Part shown: positions 53,449 through 63,930 of the stretch, piece by piece | Layout of the letters: each line of letters opens with the position of its first letter | How positions within the stretch are numbered: position 1 is the first letter of the stretch | Origin: a virus | Taxonomy: Duplodnaviria > Heunggongvirae > Uroviricota > Caudoviricetes | Reading direction: 5' to 3' (one strand) | Virus record (IMG/VR): IMGVR_UViG_3300036945_000242 | Coordinates: 1 to 64,000 of that record | Length of the DNA stretch: 64,000 bases | Program-made: the position numbers and the translations under genes | The notes under the pieces: model-generated | Databases searched by the model: none | Told to the model about the DNA's origin: nothing | Seen by the model: the letters and a program-made list of their open reading frames with translations, nothing else

Positions 53449-54105
53449 TTAGAAACTTATATGTCGTAGAAACTTAGCAAATTCTAACATCATAGCTTCA
53501 TCTAAATTTCTAGACGAAGTTTTTCTTATATTAGCCCTAGCTTCTTCGATATGACGTTCAACGTATTTACCGTCTACAAACGTCCATTCCTTGTTTTCCA
53601 TAATACCACGTACGAAAGCGTCTGGTGCTGAAGGGTCGGCTACGATATCCGCAGCAGTAGATAACATAAAGTCGTCTTGTACAATCTGTACGCCCTCATT
53701 ATTCGGTGCTAAAGTACCTAAAGCCCTACTAGAAACGCCTAAGTTAGCTCCGCCATCTAAAAGACCACGAGCAATATTTCCCATGGGGGTTTCTAAAATC
53801 TTAGCTCTACCAACGTAATTAGTACCCTCTTTACGGAGGTTAGTAATTATGTGAGAGACTCTATCTAAATTGATAGAGGGATTAGATGGGTGACCTAACT
53901 CGCCGTAAGCTCTATTCTTCTGTACCGATTCCATCATGTAACGGTTTACTTCTCTATCCATGATATGTTCAGGATACATTCTACCGTTACGATTCTTTAG
54001 CTCAGATTGTAAGAAAACGCCTTCAATGAAGTAATTTTTCTTGCCATTCGCCGAAGCCTCAGTAATTAAGTTCACCGTTTCGTGAACTTCTCTAATAAGT
54101 TTCAT
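53449..54105 (-). CDS. 21: prohead core protease gp21
   Basis: GELGHP, GVSSRALGTL and VADPSAPDAFV match T4 gp21 (GELNHP, GVSSRGLGSL, VWGPSAPDAWV). Confidence 0.8.
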   Translation of the reverse strand: MKLIREVHETVNLITEASANGKKNYFIEGVFLQSELKNRNGRMYPEHIMDREVNRYMMESVQKNRAYGELGHPSNPSINLDRVSHIITNLRKEGTNYVGRAKILETPMGNIARGLLDGGANLGVSSRALGTLAPNNEGVQIVQDDFMLSTAADIVADPSAPDAFVRGIMENKEWTFVDGKYVERHIEEARANIRKTSSRNLDEAMMLEFAKFLRHISF

Positions 54106-54110
54106 CTTAT

Positions 54111-54560
54111 TTATACCTTATCTGGACTACCGCTTAGAGTGGTGCTAGCACCGATTCTAGTTGGATCGTCATAAGCTCCATATGTAGCATTTTCTACTTT
54201 AGGAGCGTAACCACTGGCTTTTCTCAAAGTCATGTATAGTTGAGCGTTGGCTCCGGAAATAGCTACTACAATGTCGCTAGTGTTTGATGTGGACTCTATA
54301 AAACCTTCACCGATAAAGTTAATAGTACCTTCACCCTCGGCTGAGAAAGAAGAAACTACCACTGAATTGCGTGTGACGGTAATTACTGAGGATGCTAAAC
54401 CTGAGTACCGCATTGCTACGATATTCACGGTTTGTGTGCTACCAGATAGTGCTTGACTATCCGATAAGACGTCCGTTGCGATACCGATGGTTTCGGTGCC
54501 GATACCCGTAATTTTCACTACGGATTCTTGAACTGTGTTTTTTAAGATAGTCTTAGCCAT
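54111..54560 (-). CDS. hypothetical Ser/Thr-rich structural protein
   Basis: 149 aa, in the prohead-core gene region. Confidence 0.3.
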   Translation of the reverse strand: MAKTILKNTVQESVVKITGIGTETIGIATDVLSDSQALSGSTQTVNIVAMRYSGLASSVITVTRNSVVVSSFSAEGEGTINFIGEGFIESTSNTSDIVVAISGANAQLYMTLRKASGYAPKVENATYGAYDDPTRIGASTTLSGSPDKV

Positions 54561-54563
54561 ATT

Positions 54564-54896
54564 TTATGTTGGGCGAACCATAGCTCCTGGGATTTTCTTA
54601 GCTACGTTTTCAGCGTGAGCCTTAGTGCCAAATTCTTTCCAACGCTTACCGTTTATATGTACAGCGTGAGGTCTATTTGGGTCATTTCGTTTCTGTTCTA
54701 ATTGTTTCATTAGCGCAGCATGAATAGCTTTAGCTTCTTCTGGAGTATTGTAAGAATTATCGTCGTTAGGATCGTTCTTATCCATTTTACGCAACTTACT
54801 AGCAGCTGCCGGAGAACCCGAAGCACGGAATCCAGCTTCGTCTAAGCGTTCGCCGTAGAAACTCATTTTTTCTAAAAATTCGTTTAATTGGATCAT
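54564..54896 (-). CDS. hypothetical protein (prohead core region)
   Basis: 110-aa ORF. Confidence 0.3.
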   Translation of the reverse strand: MIQLNEFLEKMSFYGERLDEAGFRASGSPAAASKLRKMDKNDPNDDNSYNTPEEAKAIHAALMKQLEQKRNDPNRPHAVHINGKRWKEFGTKAHAENVAKKIPGAMVRPT

Positions 54897-54997
54897 TTAT
54901 TATCTTCTCTGTTAAATAAGTTTGAGGTTTGGCGAGTGACCCGCCAAACTTGTAAACTATTATCTGTTATATATTACAGTTGACCAGCTGGACTTTC

Positions 54998-56011
54998 TTA
55001 CTGTCCGTCTGTGGCACCCTTACGACGAGCTTGAGCTGCTCCGGCAAATCTTTTCTTAGATAAGTCGGCTAAACGTTTAGATTCTCCTGGGCTGTAGTTG
55101 AAATCTTTATATGGAACATTAGTTCTTTCATTTTTACCAGCTCTAGATAAAGCTGAGCTATCTGAAGCGTTAGCAGTAGCACCAGCTTTATTAGCCATCG
55201 CTAAAGCTTTACTACGATAACTATTTAAAGTGCTTTTATTTAATTCGTTTAATTCGATTTCTTCAGCGATACGTAAACGAGCGTGTAACATAGCGTGTTC
55301 AATTCGGTGCGCTACAGCTTCGTTAAAAGCGTGCTTAATATCGGTAGAATTACCTTCCATTAAAGAATCCAATAACGGAATAACAGTGTAACGGTAGTCT
55401 AAATCTTCGTAATATTCTTCGCCGAATACACGTTTCTTTAAAGAACTTAAACCAGATTTGGCAGCAGAATATCCTTTTTTAGCTACGTCTTTAACGCCTT
55501 TAGCCATATCTTTAACGGTATCTACTGCTGAGATATCTTTCATCTTATCTTTAGCTTGCCTTATTTGTTCAGAGTCTAAACTTTTTTTACTATGTTCAGT
55601 TCCTGAGAGGGTAGCTTGTTGAGCTAAGTTTCTAATTTTATCTTTATTAGATATTGCTCTATCAACAGCACTACCTTGGTATTCGCCCCTGCGATCCTTA
55701 TACCCTTTAATTTTGCTTCGAACGTCGTTCTTAGCTTTTTCGCCTTCTGGAGAATCGCTAAACTTAGCCTGAAATTTTTTATTAGCTTGCTCAACTCCAG
55801 CTTTTCTTTTACTAGATTCTCTCTCGTTATCTGAACGAGCTTGGCGATTTAAACGAGCTTGATCGCTTTCCTTTCCCCATGTAGAGTCAATACTACCTTG
55901 GTTTTTGCTTCTAGTAGCCGATATTTTATCTCGTCTTGTAATTTCTGAGTTAGCTTTTCTTGCATAATTAGCTAGCGTTTGCGCGTCTAATTCATTTAAT
56001 TGTTTGGACAT
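54998..56011 (-). CDS. Lys/Ser/Ala-rich helical protein (prohead core/internal protein candidate)
   Basis: 337 aa between portal and protease genes, where T4 encodes the core proteins gp67/gp68. Confidence 0.3.
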   Translation of the reverse strand: MSKQLNELDAQTLANYARKANSEITRRDKISATRSKNQGSIDSTWGKESDQARLNRQARSDNERESSKRKAGVEQANKKFQAKFSDSPEGEKAKNDVRSKIKGYKDRRGEYQGSAVDRAISNKDKIRNLAQQATLSGTEHSKKSLDSEQIRQAKDKMKDISAVDTVKDMAKGVKDVAKKGYSAAKSGLSSLKKRVFGEEYYEDLDYRYTVIPLLDSLMEGNSTDIKHAFNEAVAHRIEHAMLHARLRIAEEIELNELNKSTLNSYRSKALAMANKAGATANASDSSALSRAGKNERTNVPYKDFNYSPGESKRLADLSKKRFAGAAQARRKGATDGQ

Positions 56012-56063
56012 TTTCTTTCCTTTTATGGTGGTTATTTTATTTAGTTAAAACCTAACCTTGCGG

Positions 56064-57584
56064 TTATTGTTTGGGCGGAGGTTCTCCACCACCCATTTGT
56101 TGCTGTTGTAAAGCTTGCTGAGCTTCTAGCTCTTGCTGCTTAATCAAGTCTTGTTCCATCTCTTTATCAATCTCTTTCATTTCTTCTGGAGATTGTAATA
56201 ATAAATTCTTACGTATCCAATCAGTAGAATAATACTTACCGACAAATGGATCAATAGTTTGTAGTATATTTATACGGTTTTGTAACAACTCGGCATTCTT
56301 CAACTCGTTGAAGTGGTTGTCTTGTTGGTAGTCGTATGTAATATCTATTTCAATATCTTCCCAATCATCTGGGGTTATAATACCCTTACAGATTAGTTGG
56401 ATTCGTAGAGCAGATGAAAATAGTAAAGAAAAGCGTTTACGCAAACGAGCGATAAACTTACTGAATTTAATCTCATCTCGAGTAATTTCCGAGGCTCTAC
56501 CCATACTAAAGCCTTGAGAAGCCTCAAGCCTAGACATAGGAACGTTTAACGCTTGATAAAGTTTCTTCTGGAAATACTCAATATCTTTAATATCACCTAG
56601 ATTTTGGCCAGCGGGTAGCGTAGTAATTTCAGTACCTTTACCGCCTTCTCGACGAGGCATCCAAAAGTCTTCCATCATACTCAAGTGACGACGGTCGTCA
56701 CGAGTCTCACCCGTAGTAGCGTCATAAACGATTTTATTACGAAACTTGTTCATAATCTCGTTTACGTATTGCTCGGCTTTTAATTTCGGTAAGTTACCCA
56801 CGTCCACGTAAAACACTCTACGCTCTGGGGCACGGCTAATACGATAGATAACTACCGCATCCTCAATCATTTTTAACTGATTGACGGGTTTAATAGCCTT
56901 GTGTAACGCTGATAACATCATACCATTGTCAGCGTCTTGAATGCCAGATGGACAAAAAACTACTGATTCTATCGGTAGTTTTATACCTTGTGTTGAGTTA
57001 GCTACAATACCCTTATCATTATACAGAAAGAACTCTTCAATCTGTTTAACGACTTCTACGCCTTTTGATGAGCGAGCTTTATCTACGTTTTTAATTCTAC
57101 GAATCTTACGTGGGTCAATGTAACGTAATTCTTGAATACCCTTTTTCTTATCGGTTTCATCGACAAGAATCTGATAATACGCTCTACCGTCAATATACCA
57201 CTGTTTAAAAATATCATGACCTTTTAAGTCAAATTTATACAGTCTTAATATATTAGCGTGTTCTTCACGTATTTTCTTTTTAACTGATTCTGAAACTTTT
57301 ACGTTATCGAGATTGATTTTAACTGGGATTTCAAATCCGTCAGATATAATAGCCTCGTTTACGATATCGTCAATTGCGCCATCGCAATCAGCGTATTTCG
57401 CCGTATCGCGATAGCGTTTAATCAGCTCGTTCTCGTTCTTTACGATACCTTCAACGTCTAATACTGTACCATAGTGTGCGCCCGTCGAAACGACAGTGCT
57501 TCCGTCATCCATAGGGGGAGTTACTACGCTCCCCATTACGGATTGTGGCTTTTTCTTCTTTATTTCAAATCCAAAAACGTCCAA
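56064..57584 (-). CDS. 20: portal protein gp20
   Basis: 506 aa. Sits between tube gp19 and the protease gene. Called by size and synteny. Confidence 0.7.
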   Translation of the reverse strand: MDVFGFEIKKKKPQSVMGSVVTPPMDDGSTVVSTGAHYGTVLDVEGIVKNENELIKRYRDTAKYADCDGAIDDIVNEAIISDGFEIPVKINLDNVKVSESVKKKIREEHANILRLYKFDLKGHDIFKQWYIDGRAYYQILVDETDKKKGIQELRYIDPRKIRRIKNVDKARSSKGVEVVKQIEEFFLYNDKGIVANSTQGIKLPIESVVFCPSGIQDADNGMMLSALHKAIKPVNQLKMIEDAVVIYRISRAPERRVFYVDVGNLPKLKAEQYVNEIMNKFRNKIVYDATTGETRDDRRHLSMMEDFWMPRREGGKGTEITTLPAGQNLGDIKDIEYFQKKLYQALNVPMSRLEASQGFSMGRASEITRDEIKFSKFIARLRKRFSLLFSSALRIQLICKGIITPDDWEDIEIDITYDYQQDNHFNELKNAELLQNRINILQTIDPFVGKYYSTDWIRKNLLLQSPEEMKEIDKEMEQDLIKQQELEAQQALQQQQMGGGEPPPKQ

Positions 57585-57631
57585 GACATTCTCCTAATAT
57601 TTTACAAATTACTTTGTTATTTAGGCGAATA

Positions 57632-58189
57632 TTAGCTAGTTCTAGAATTGTCTTGGTCAGTAGACTCAGACGTAAAGTAGTTGTATTGGAATGTAATTCC
57701 GAACGACTCAATCTGATTATCTGAAGCGTAATTCAATTGAATAGCGTCAATTACTGTAGGGAATGCGTCTTTGAAGATGTAAGTCTTCAATACCGCACCA
57801 TTACGATCTAATTGTTCAACACGCATATCTGACTGATAAGATACGGGATTAGTAACACCGTTAGTAGCAGCGTAGTTTTGTACTTTACCTTGCCACTCTT
57901 CCATAGCGTTTCTAATATCGAAGTCTACGTCGGTATATACTGTAACGTTCCAAGGTTGGAAACTACGTTCGCCCGCAAAGTTTACTGTACGTCCTCTATA
58001 AGCTACTGCTACGTTAGAGATACTAGATCCTGGAAGGGAGGTAGCACTACACAAAAACTCAGCTTTCTTAGCAGCAAAAACGCCAGTAGAAATACTAAGG
58101 TCTGCTGGAAAACTTAAAATAACACGAAATTGGTTGGGGCGTGCGCCCCCGCCCAACATAAGTGATTTAAAATCGTTGATATTTGCCAT
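57632..58189 (-). CDS. 19: tail tube protein gp19
   Basis: ARPNQFRVIL and AGERSFQPWNVTV vs T4 gp19 ARPNLFQVEI and AGDRTFDDWTVTV. Confidence 0.7.
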   Translation of the reverse strand: MANINDFKSLMLGGGARPNQFRVILSFPADLSISTGVFAAKKAEFLCSATSLPGSSISNVAVAYRGRTVNFAGERSFQPWNVTVYTDVDFDIRNAMEEWQGKVQNYAATNGVTNPVSYQSDMRVEQLDRNGAVLKTYIFKDAFPTVIDAIQLNYASDNQIESFGITFQYNYFTSESTDQDNSRTS

Positions 58190-58216
58190 TATTTTCTTTC
58201 TTTAATTTGTCTTTAA

Positions 58217-60427
58217 TTAAGCGTTAAGCTCGCTGAAGGAAATACCAGAACGAGTAGCGATAAAGTTCAAAGTAATGAAGTTGATAGCACGGTTCGGTTT
58301 TACGAAAATATCAGCGATAAATTCGTTACGGTCAATAACTTCACCAGTATTGTTACTAGCATCACAACGAACCAAGAACTCAGTAATACCTCTACGACCT
58401 TGTACATCACGTAAGAACGGTTCAACCAAATTCTTAAATTGAGCACGAGTAAACGAATCGTTAAACTCGAATAATTGATACTTAGAAGCGGTAGCGATAG
58501 CTTTTTCTAATACAATAAACAATCTACGAACGTTGATACGATCAAAGGCGGAAGGTTTAGACAAGAGAGTCTTATCACCAAACAATACAGTACCTTGTCC
58601 TGGAAATGTAACCACAGGGTTTACACCGTTTTTATAGAGATTGTCTCTATCGGTTTTTCTAGGATTGTGTGATAACTTGACTACGTTCTTGATTTGACCA
58701 CGGTTTAAACCTCCTGGAGAGAACCAAGGATCGTTAGTGAAGTCGGTACGAGCACATAAACCAGCTACGTCGCCATTTAACGGAACCCAGCGGTATTTGT
58801 CGTTATAACGGTCGTATTGGTATTTGAATCCAGAGTCCATAACCGCATAAGATGTACTTGGTAATTCGTTACGGAAGGCGATGATTTGGTCGGTAGCGTC
58901 AGAACCAGAACCGATGATAATTTCGTTGCTCTCGCTTACAGGGGAAACAAATGCTACGCAATCTTTACGAGCTTCAACCACATTATTGATAATGTAGATA
59001 GCCACAGTAGAAGATACTTTACCCATAGGTAATAAGCTAATATCGTAAAGGCTGTCGTCCGCAAAAGGAGCCCAAGCGTTTTGTAAGTTACCGTCAGTAA
59101 CAGTAAAATCGTCCACACCACCAACTAAAGAACGGCTGATAGCGGTAGTTGCTGATTTAAAGGTAACGCTATTTGCTTCAGAACCCCAAGCTGTACCGCT
59201 AGTCGATAACACTGGGTGATCCATCCACCAAATATACTTAGAACGAGCGTTAAGTACGTTTTTGTAGTAGTTGTTAGTACCGTCAGATTGTCTAGCGTCA
59301 GAAGCTTTAGATACGAATGCGAACTTTTCTAAGATACTACCTCTAGTGCCAGTCCATACACCATCTTCGTCGATAACAATGATATGTAATTCGTCATTAG
59401 AACCGCCAACCGTACTCGCATACTCAGAAGTATTAGGAGCGGTATCGAATTCGTCTCTATAAGCCCATGTAGCGAAACTAGCAGAATCTGCCATAGAAAC
59501 ACGTAAAGAGTTTCCTAAAGTTCCTGGATACTTAGCAGCGAATTCGCCAATTAAGGCTGAACCGTTGATAAAGTTAGTTTCGTAGTCGTCGCTATTTTTA
59601 ATCTTAATACCAACAACAGACGAGATAGTTGCTACGGCTGTAGCTTGCGTAGAAGCTCCACCACCAGCAATCGTAACAGTTGGAGCAGTAGCGTAACCAG
59701 TTCCTGGAGTAACAATAGTAACGCCAGTAATAGTTGAAGTGCCAATAGTAATTGTGCCTGCTGCTGCATTAGATCCGCCTGAGCCAGCATTATTAAAAGT
59801 AACGGTAGGGGCTGAAGTGTAGCCTGAACCGCCATTATCTACGGTGATAGAAGTAACTTGACCTAAAGTCGGGCTTCCTACTGTAGTATCTACAACAGCT
59901 GTACCCGTAGCCGTAACGCCACCCGCTACTTGAGGTGCGCTGAACGTAATAGTTGGGGCTGAAGTGTAACCTGTACCGCCATTCGCAACAGCAACGGTTA
60001 ATACTGGAGCACCAGAACGTACAGCCGTACCAGTAGCATTAACGCCACCATCAGCGTCCGGAGCACTAAAAGTTACGGTCGGTTGGCTAGTATAGCCTGA
60101 ACCCGCTGTACTCATAGTAACACTAGCTACAGAACCAGTTAAAAGCGAAACCGCATTGCGTTGGTTTGTAGTATCGGCACGAGATACTAAAAGGCTATTA
60201 GAGTAAGCTAAGAAATTCGCTGCAGTAAAGAAAGATTGAGCGGTAGCGTCGTTCGGTTTACCGAAACGTTGTACTAATTCATTTTCAGAAGCGATAATTG
60301 TAGGATCCATAACAGGACCCCACTGAAAAGCACCAGCATAAGCACCATTAGAAGTAGAAACGGCTGGGACGATTGACGTCAAGTCCTTTTCTACAATGGC
60401 TACTCCTGGAGATAATTGAAACGGCAT
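58217..60427 (-). CDS. 18: tail sheath protein gp18 with Ig-like repeat insertion
   Basis: N-terminus LSPGV...AFQWGP (T4 has LSPGI...KFQWGP). 736 aa vs 659 aa in T4. Extra length is four ~40-aa repeats GG(S/T)GYTSAPT(V/I)TFSAP. Confidence 0.8.
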   Translation of the reverse strand: MPFQLSPGVAIVEKDLTSIVPAVSTSNGAYAGAFQWGPVMDPTIIASENELVQRFGKPNDATAQSFFTAANFLAYSNSLLVSRADTTNQRNAVSLLTGSVASVTMSTAGSGYTSQPTVTFSAPDADGGVNATGTAVRSGAPVLTVAVANGGTGYTSAPTITFSAPQVAGGVTATGTAVVDTTVGSPTLGQVTSITVDNGGSGYTSAPTVTFNNAGSGGSNAAAGTITIGTSTITGVTIVTPGTGYATAPTVTIAGGGASTQATAVATISSVVGIKIKNSDDYETNFINGSALIGEFAAKYPGTLGNSLRVSMADSASFATWAYRDEFDTAPNTSEYASTVGGSNDELHIIVIDEDGVWTGTRGSILEKFAFVSKASDARQSDGTNNYYKNVLNARSKYIWWMDHPVLSTSGTAWGSEANSVTFKSATTAISRSLVGGVDDFTVTDGNLQNAWAPFADDSLYDISLLPMGKVSSTVAIYIINNVVEARKDCVAFVSPVSESNEIIIGSGSDATDQIIAFRNELPSTSYAVMDSGFKYQYDRYNDKYRWVPLNGDVAGLCARTDFTNDPWFSPGGLNRGQIKNVVKLSHNPRKTDRDNLYKNGVNPVVTFPGQGTVLFGDKTLLSKPSAFDRINVRRLFIVLEKAIATASKYQLFEFNDSFTRAQFKNLVEPFLRDVQGRRGITEFLVRCDASNNTGEVIDRNEFIADIFVKPNRAINFITLNFIATRSGISFSELNA
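59654..60115. repeat. Four tandem ~120-bp coding repeats (Ig-like domains) inside the sheath gene
   Basis: Repeated motif GSGYTS(A/Q)PT(V/I)TFSAP...GGV(N/T)ATGTAV. Confidence 0.6.
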
Positions 60428-60515
60428 AAAGTTTCTCCTTGTTTTGTTTATTCGATAGGGTATTTAATTGTGTATTAACCCCTACAATGTATAATATTTA
60501 GTCGTTTAACGTTTT

Positions 60516-62114
60516 CTAAAAGTCTAATAAAACTTCAGTCTGAGGCGACCCATCGCTATAATTACCGAATGGTGTAAGCTCGTCCTCAATCAATTGCATC
60601 TGCTTTTTATACATAATATCTCTAAGATTTACGTTATTCAAGTCTTTAAAGTAAGGGTTAATAGTAAGCCACGAAAATAACACTAGACACATAACAATAT
60701 CGTCGTGGTATCCTTCGTCGGCTTGATAAGAACCCCTATTTTCGATAAACGTAGATATCTCGGATATAGCATCCGCATCTTGTATTATCAGATTATTTTC
60801 TTCTACCAAAGATTTAAAGTTTTGACAACCAAGACGTTTTACTTGTTTGTCGGTAGTAACACCCAGCTGAGTTTTAGTACCCGAACGACCGAAACCGCCC
60901 GTAATAGCTTGAGACCCAGTACCCATATTACCACGGCTTACATATAAAATATTCTCATATTCTAGTTCCGATTGTAAAATGTACGGTACTTGTTCGCTGG
61001 AGTTTAACTCAATTAACACATGAGCGTTATTATATTGCTTTCCTAATTGGTAAATCATATTAGGATATAATAACGGACTAATTTTATTATTTCTATACTT
61101 ACCTACCATTTTATATGGAGTTTCAGTAATATCTATAATAACCAAACACGAATAGTCGCCACCCACACCCTTAGACGTATCCGCAACTATAACGTAATTA
61201 TTATCTTTCTTAGGTAACTCGTATAAATCTATACCCTCGGCATTAGTGTAAACTGGAGTCGCCAAAGACATTCTAGCGATAGTATCCGCACCAATCAAAG
61301 TTAAAGAAGAACCTAGGAAGTTACATAAAATCTCTTGGTTAAATTTAACTTCACCCAGAGTGCTTTTCTGTTCGTCCGCCCATTCTTTCGTACGTCCTGG
61401 GATTTCCCAATAAGGGATAAACAAATTAACAAATCCATTACGCTTATTCTCCGCATCAGTCCAAAGCTTCCAAAAGTGATTATACCCCATCGGAGTAGAA
61501 CTTAATAAGATTTTAGTAGTATTACCAGCGGAAATAGTAGGCGTGATAGAAGCGAAGAATTGGTCGGCTAGGGTATTAGGGATAATAGCGGTTTCGTCCA
61601 CATAAAGCATATTAACCGATTTACCCCGAATACCTGAAGCCGTAGTGGGTGAGGTGAATACTTTAGAATTGTTTTCTAAAATAATATCACCCTTATTCCA
61701 ACCCGTAATACCTTGTTGCATCCAACTAGGCAGTTCTTCGTACATCAATTGGTAACGGGAAAGTACCTCTCTAGCCGAGGTAGCTTTATTCGCTAAAATA
61801 GCAACGGTTTTATCTTCCTGAAACAACGTGTACCACAAAATATACGCTGCCGAAGTAGTGGTTTTACCTTGTTGGCGACCTTCCATAAGAATAACTTTCC
61901 TATTCTCGTGGATAATCTTAACCTTCTTTTTCTGACAATCGTATAGTTTAAAGGGTATTAAACCGTGGTCAAGAGAAATAATTTTACAATACGTTTCAAT
62001 AAAGTAAATCGGATCCTCTTGACACTTTAAATACTCTACTAATTGGGGTTTAGTAAAGGATTGTTTAATGCCGATTGATTTTAATTTCGGGTTTGAGTTG
62101 TATAATCTAGCCAT
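60516..62114 (-). CDS. 17: terminase large subunit gp17
   Basis: ILMEGRQQGKTTTSAAYILWY...VAILANKATSAREVL and GWNKGDIILENNS match T4 gp17 (SRQLGKTTVVAIFLAHF...VGILAHKGSMSAEVL). Confidence 0.85.
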   Translation of the reverse strand: MARLYNSNPKLKSIGIKQSFTKPQLVEYLKCQEDPIYFIETYCKIISLDHGLIPFKLYDCQKKKVKIIHENRKVILMEGRQQGKTTTSAAYILWYTLFQEDKTVAILANKATSAREVLSRYQLMYEELPSWMQQGITGWNKGDIILENNSKVFTSPTTASGIRGKSVNMLYVDETAIIPNTLADQFFASITPTISAGNTTKILLSSTPMGYNHFWKLWTDAENKRNGFVNLFIPYWEIPGRTKEWADEQKSTLGEVKFNQEILCNFLGSSLTLIGADTIARMSLATPVYTNAEGIDLYELPKKDNNYVIVADTSKGVGGDYSCLVIIDITETPYKMVGKYRNNKISPLLYPNMIYQLGKQYNNAHVLIELNSSEQVPYILQSELEYENILYVSRGNMGTGSQAITGGFGRSGTKTQLGVTTDKQVKRLGCQNFKSLVEENNLIIQDADAISEISTFIENRGSYQADEGYHDDIVMCLVLFSWLTINPYFKDLNNVNLRDIMYKKQMQLIEDELTPFGNYSDGSPQTEVLLDF

Positions 62115-62120
62115 AATACG

Positions 62121-62870
62121 TTATAGTGTACTTTCCCAACCTTCGTTGGTTATTTGTCCTGTGGCAGCATCGCCATGAGCGGTATAAGTTTCTTGTATTT
62201 CGCCCGTACTTTTGGTACTTAGGTTAGCTATAACTGTCTCAATAATGCCAGTACCCGTATTATGTACCATACCGTATAGGTTCATTTTAATTGTGAAACT
62301 TAGCGTATGTGTAACAAAGCGTCTTTCCTCGAAGCTACCATCATACTCATCGTTCACCGATATACTATTAAGCACCACGGGTACGTCCTGCACAATAGAC
62401 ATAGACGGTATAATACCTAAAGCGAGCGTATATTCGGGTGAGAATGTGGGTAGTATTTGTTCTATAATCTGGAAAGCGTCTTCCTGAGTTTTAGTAACTA
62501 CGTAAAGCTTTATATCTATATTATAGGGTACGGGCGATTGTACGTAAGAAACCGTACCATCACTCTTACCGCAAGTTATAGTGTTATTTCTATTAAGCTT
62601 CCTAGAGGTGTCGTAGTTGTAGCCCGTTATTTCAAACGACATTCTAGGTAGTGTGGTGTAAGTTGATTTTGTTAAATCTGGGTCAGAATCTGTCCTCACT
62701 AACCACTTCTCTTTAGGAGCGTAGCTAATTGGTACTTGAAGGCGTTGAACGGTGGTTCCCGTTACCGAGTCGCCCTGTTTTCGGTCTATATAAATGGAGC
62801 TAAACAAAGCCCCAAAAGACACAATAGTTTTACGGATTAGTCCGTGGTAGAATACGCTTCCCGATAACAT
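62121..62870 (-). CDS. 15: tail sheath stabiliser / tail terminator gp15
   Basis: FGALFSSIYIDRKQ...VPISYAPKE and AFQIIEQILPTFSPEY vs T4 gp15 MGDLFSNIQIKRQ...VPITYASKE and MFQIVEQILPYFQPHF. Confidence 0.65.
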   Translation of the reverse strand: MLSGSVFYHGLIRKTIVSFGALFSSIYIDRKQGDSVTGTTVQRLQVPISYAPKEKWLVRTDSDPDLTKSTYTTLPRMSFEITGYNYDTSRKLNRNNTITCGKSDGTVSYVQSPVPYNIDIKLYVVTKTQEDAFQIIEQILPTFSPEYTLALGIIPSMSIVQDVPVVLNSISVNDEYDGSFEERRFVTHTLSFTIKMNLYGMVHNTGTGIIETVIANLSTKSTGEIQETYTAHGDAATGQITNEGWESTL

Positions 62871-62872
62871 TG

Positions 62873-63526
62873 TTAAATATCTCCTTGCGGATTATTAGTA
62901 TCTACCACAAAAGAAGAAGCTTGGTCTTTGAAGGAGTTATTATCCCCGTAAGATTCTACTACATCTATATCTGGAGTTTGGTTTACATCGTAAGTTTTCA
63001 ACGACTCAAAAACATCAATAGCGGGCACATCAGTTTCCATTCGTTCAGAAGCATATTGAAACAATTCAATTTGTAGCTTATAGACGTATAGTTTACCTAA
63101 TTGGTAAAAAGGGTCTTTATGTTCAACGAATTTAATTTCAAATAAACCGCCCGTAAGTGGGAAATAGATTAAATCGCCCTCGTTAGGTCTAGTTGGAATG
63201 GTAGTTGTACCGTGTACGCCTATAAGCTGTTCCCAACGTTTACGAGCGACGATTAGGGTAGCGGTTTGTTCAATCATTAAACTAACCTTTTGTATAAAAG
63301 ACCCTTGACCGCCGAAACCATCTACGTTCTCGAAATACATCTCAATAGGGTAAGCGTGTTGAAAACGGCTAAGCCTATCCTCGCCTAAAATCTCGTCTTT
63401 GGAGGCTAAACTTCTAGGAATATATTGAACATCATTCCCATACATCTTCAAAGACTCAATAATCATAGCTTCTACTAGATTTTGTTCGTTTGAAGTACCG
63501 TGGGTAAAATAAGGATTTGTAGCCAT
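62873..63526 (-). CDS. 14: neck protein gp14-like
   Basis: 217 aa directly upstream of gp15. Assigned by synteny. Confidence 0.35.
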   Translation of the reverse strand: MATNPYFTHGTSNEQNLVEAMIIESLKMYGNDVQYIPRSLASKDEILGEDRLSRFQHAYPIEMYFENVDGFGGQGSFIQKVSLMIEQTATLIVARKRWEQLIGVHGTTTIPTRPNEGDLIYFPLTGGLFEIKFVEHKDPFYQLGKLYVYKLQIELFQYASERMETDVPAIDVFESLKTYDVNQTPDIDVVESYGDNNSFKDQASSFVVDTNNPQGDI

Positions 63527-63531
63527 AAGTC

Positions 63532-63930
63532 TTAACCCAAGAAGAACTCTAGTGGGGCAGACTTTGTAAGCATATCGCGTTCTAAATCGCCAATTTCAGC
63601 TAACGCCTCAGCGTACAATTTATCTCCGTCTAGCGTAACCCCGCCAGGAAGCTGGATACCCGAGAATTTCTTAATATTGGTAGCCCATTGTTTCTTGAAC
63701 AACGCTGTAACGTAATGCTTAAGCCACGGCTCGTTAAACATCTTGGTAAAATCGACTGGATTTAACGCTCTATACGCTTCTACTACCATATAATCGCCAA
63801 GAGGAATATCGGTTTCCCAGTTAATATCCAAATACAGCCTATTAGTTAAACGGTTAAACCTGTAAGTCGGATGCCCATTGAGCTCAAGGTCTAACATAGC
63901 CAAGTGGCTCATAACGGTTTTATAATACAC
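63532..63930 (-). CDS. structural protein (possibly gp13-like neck protein), may extend past the window end
   Basis: ORF reaches the window edge. Position upstream of gp14. Confidence 0.25.
   Translation of the reverse strand: MYYKTVMSHLAMLDLELNGHPTYRFNRLTNRLYLDINWETDIPLGDYMVVEAYRALNPVDFTKMFNEPWLKHYVTALFKKQWATNIKKFSGIQLPGGVTLDGDKLYAEALAEIGDLERDMLTKSAPLEFFLG

Noticed and set aside
54108-54115. Second TATAAATA box, 3 nt upstream of the gp21 start
   Set aside because: Too close to the start codon to serve as a late promoter for gp21, and it overlaps the stop region of the upstream gene.
59632-59835. 67-aa Leu/Gln-rich ORF inside the sheath gene
   Set aside because: Alternate frame of the repeat-containing sheath segment.
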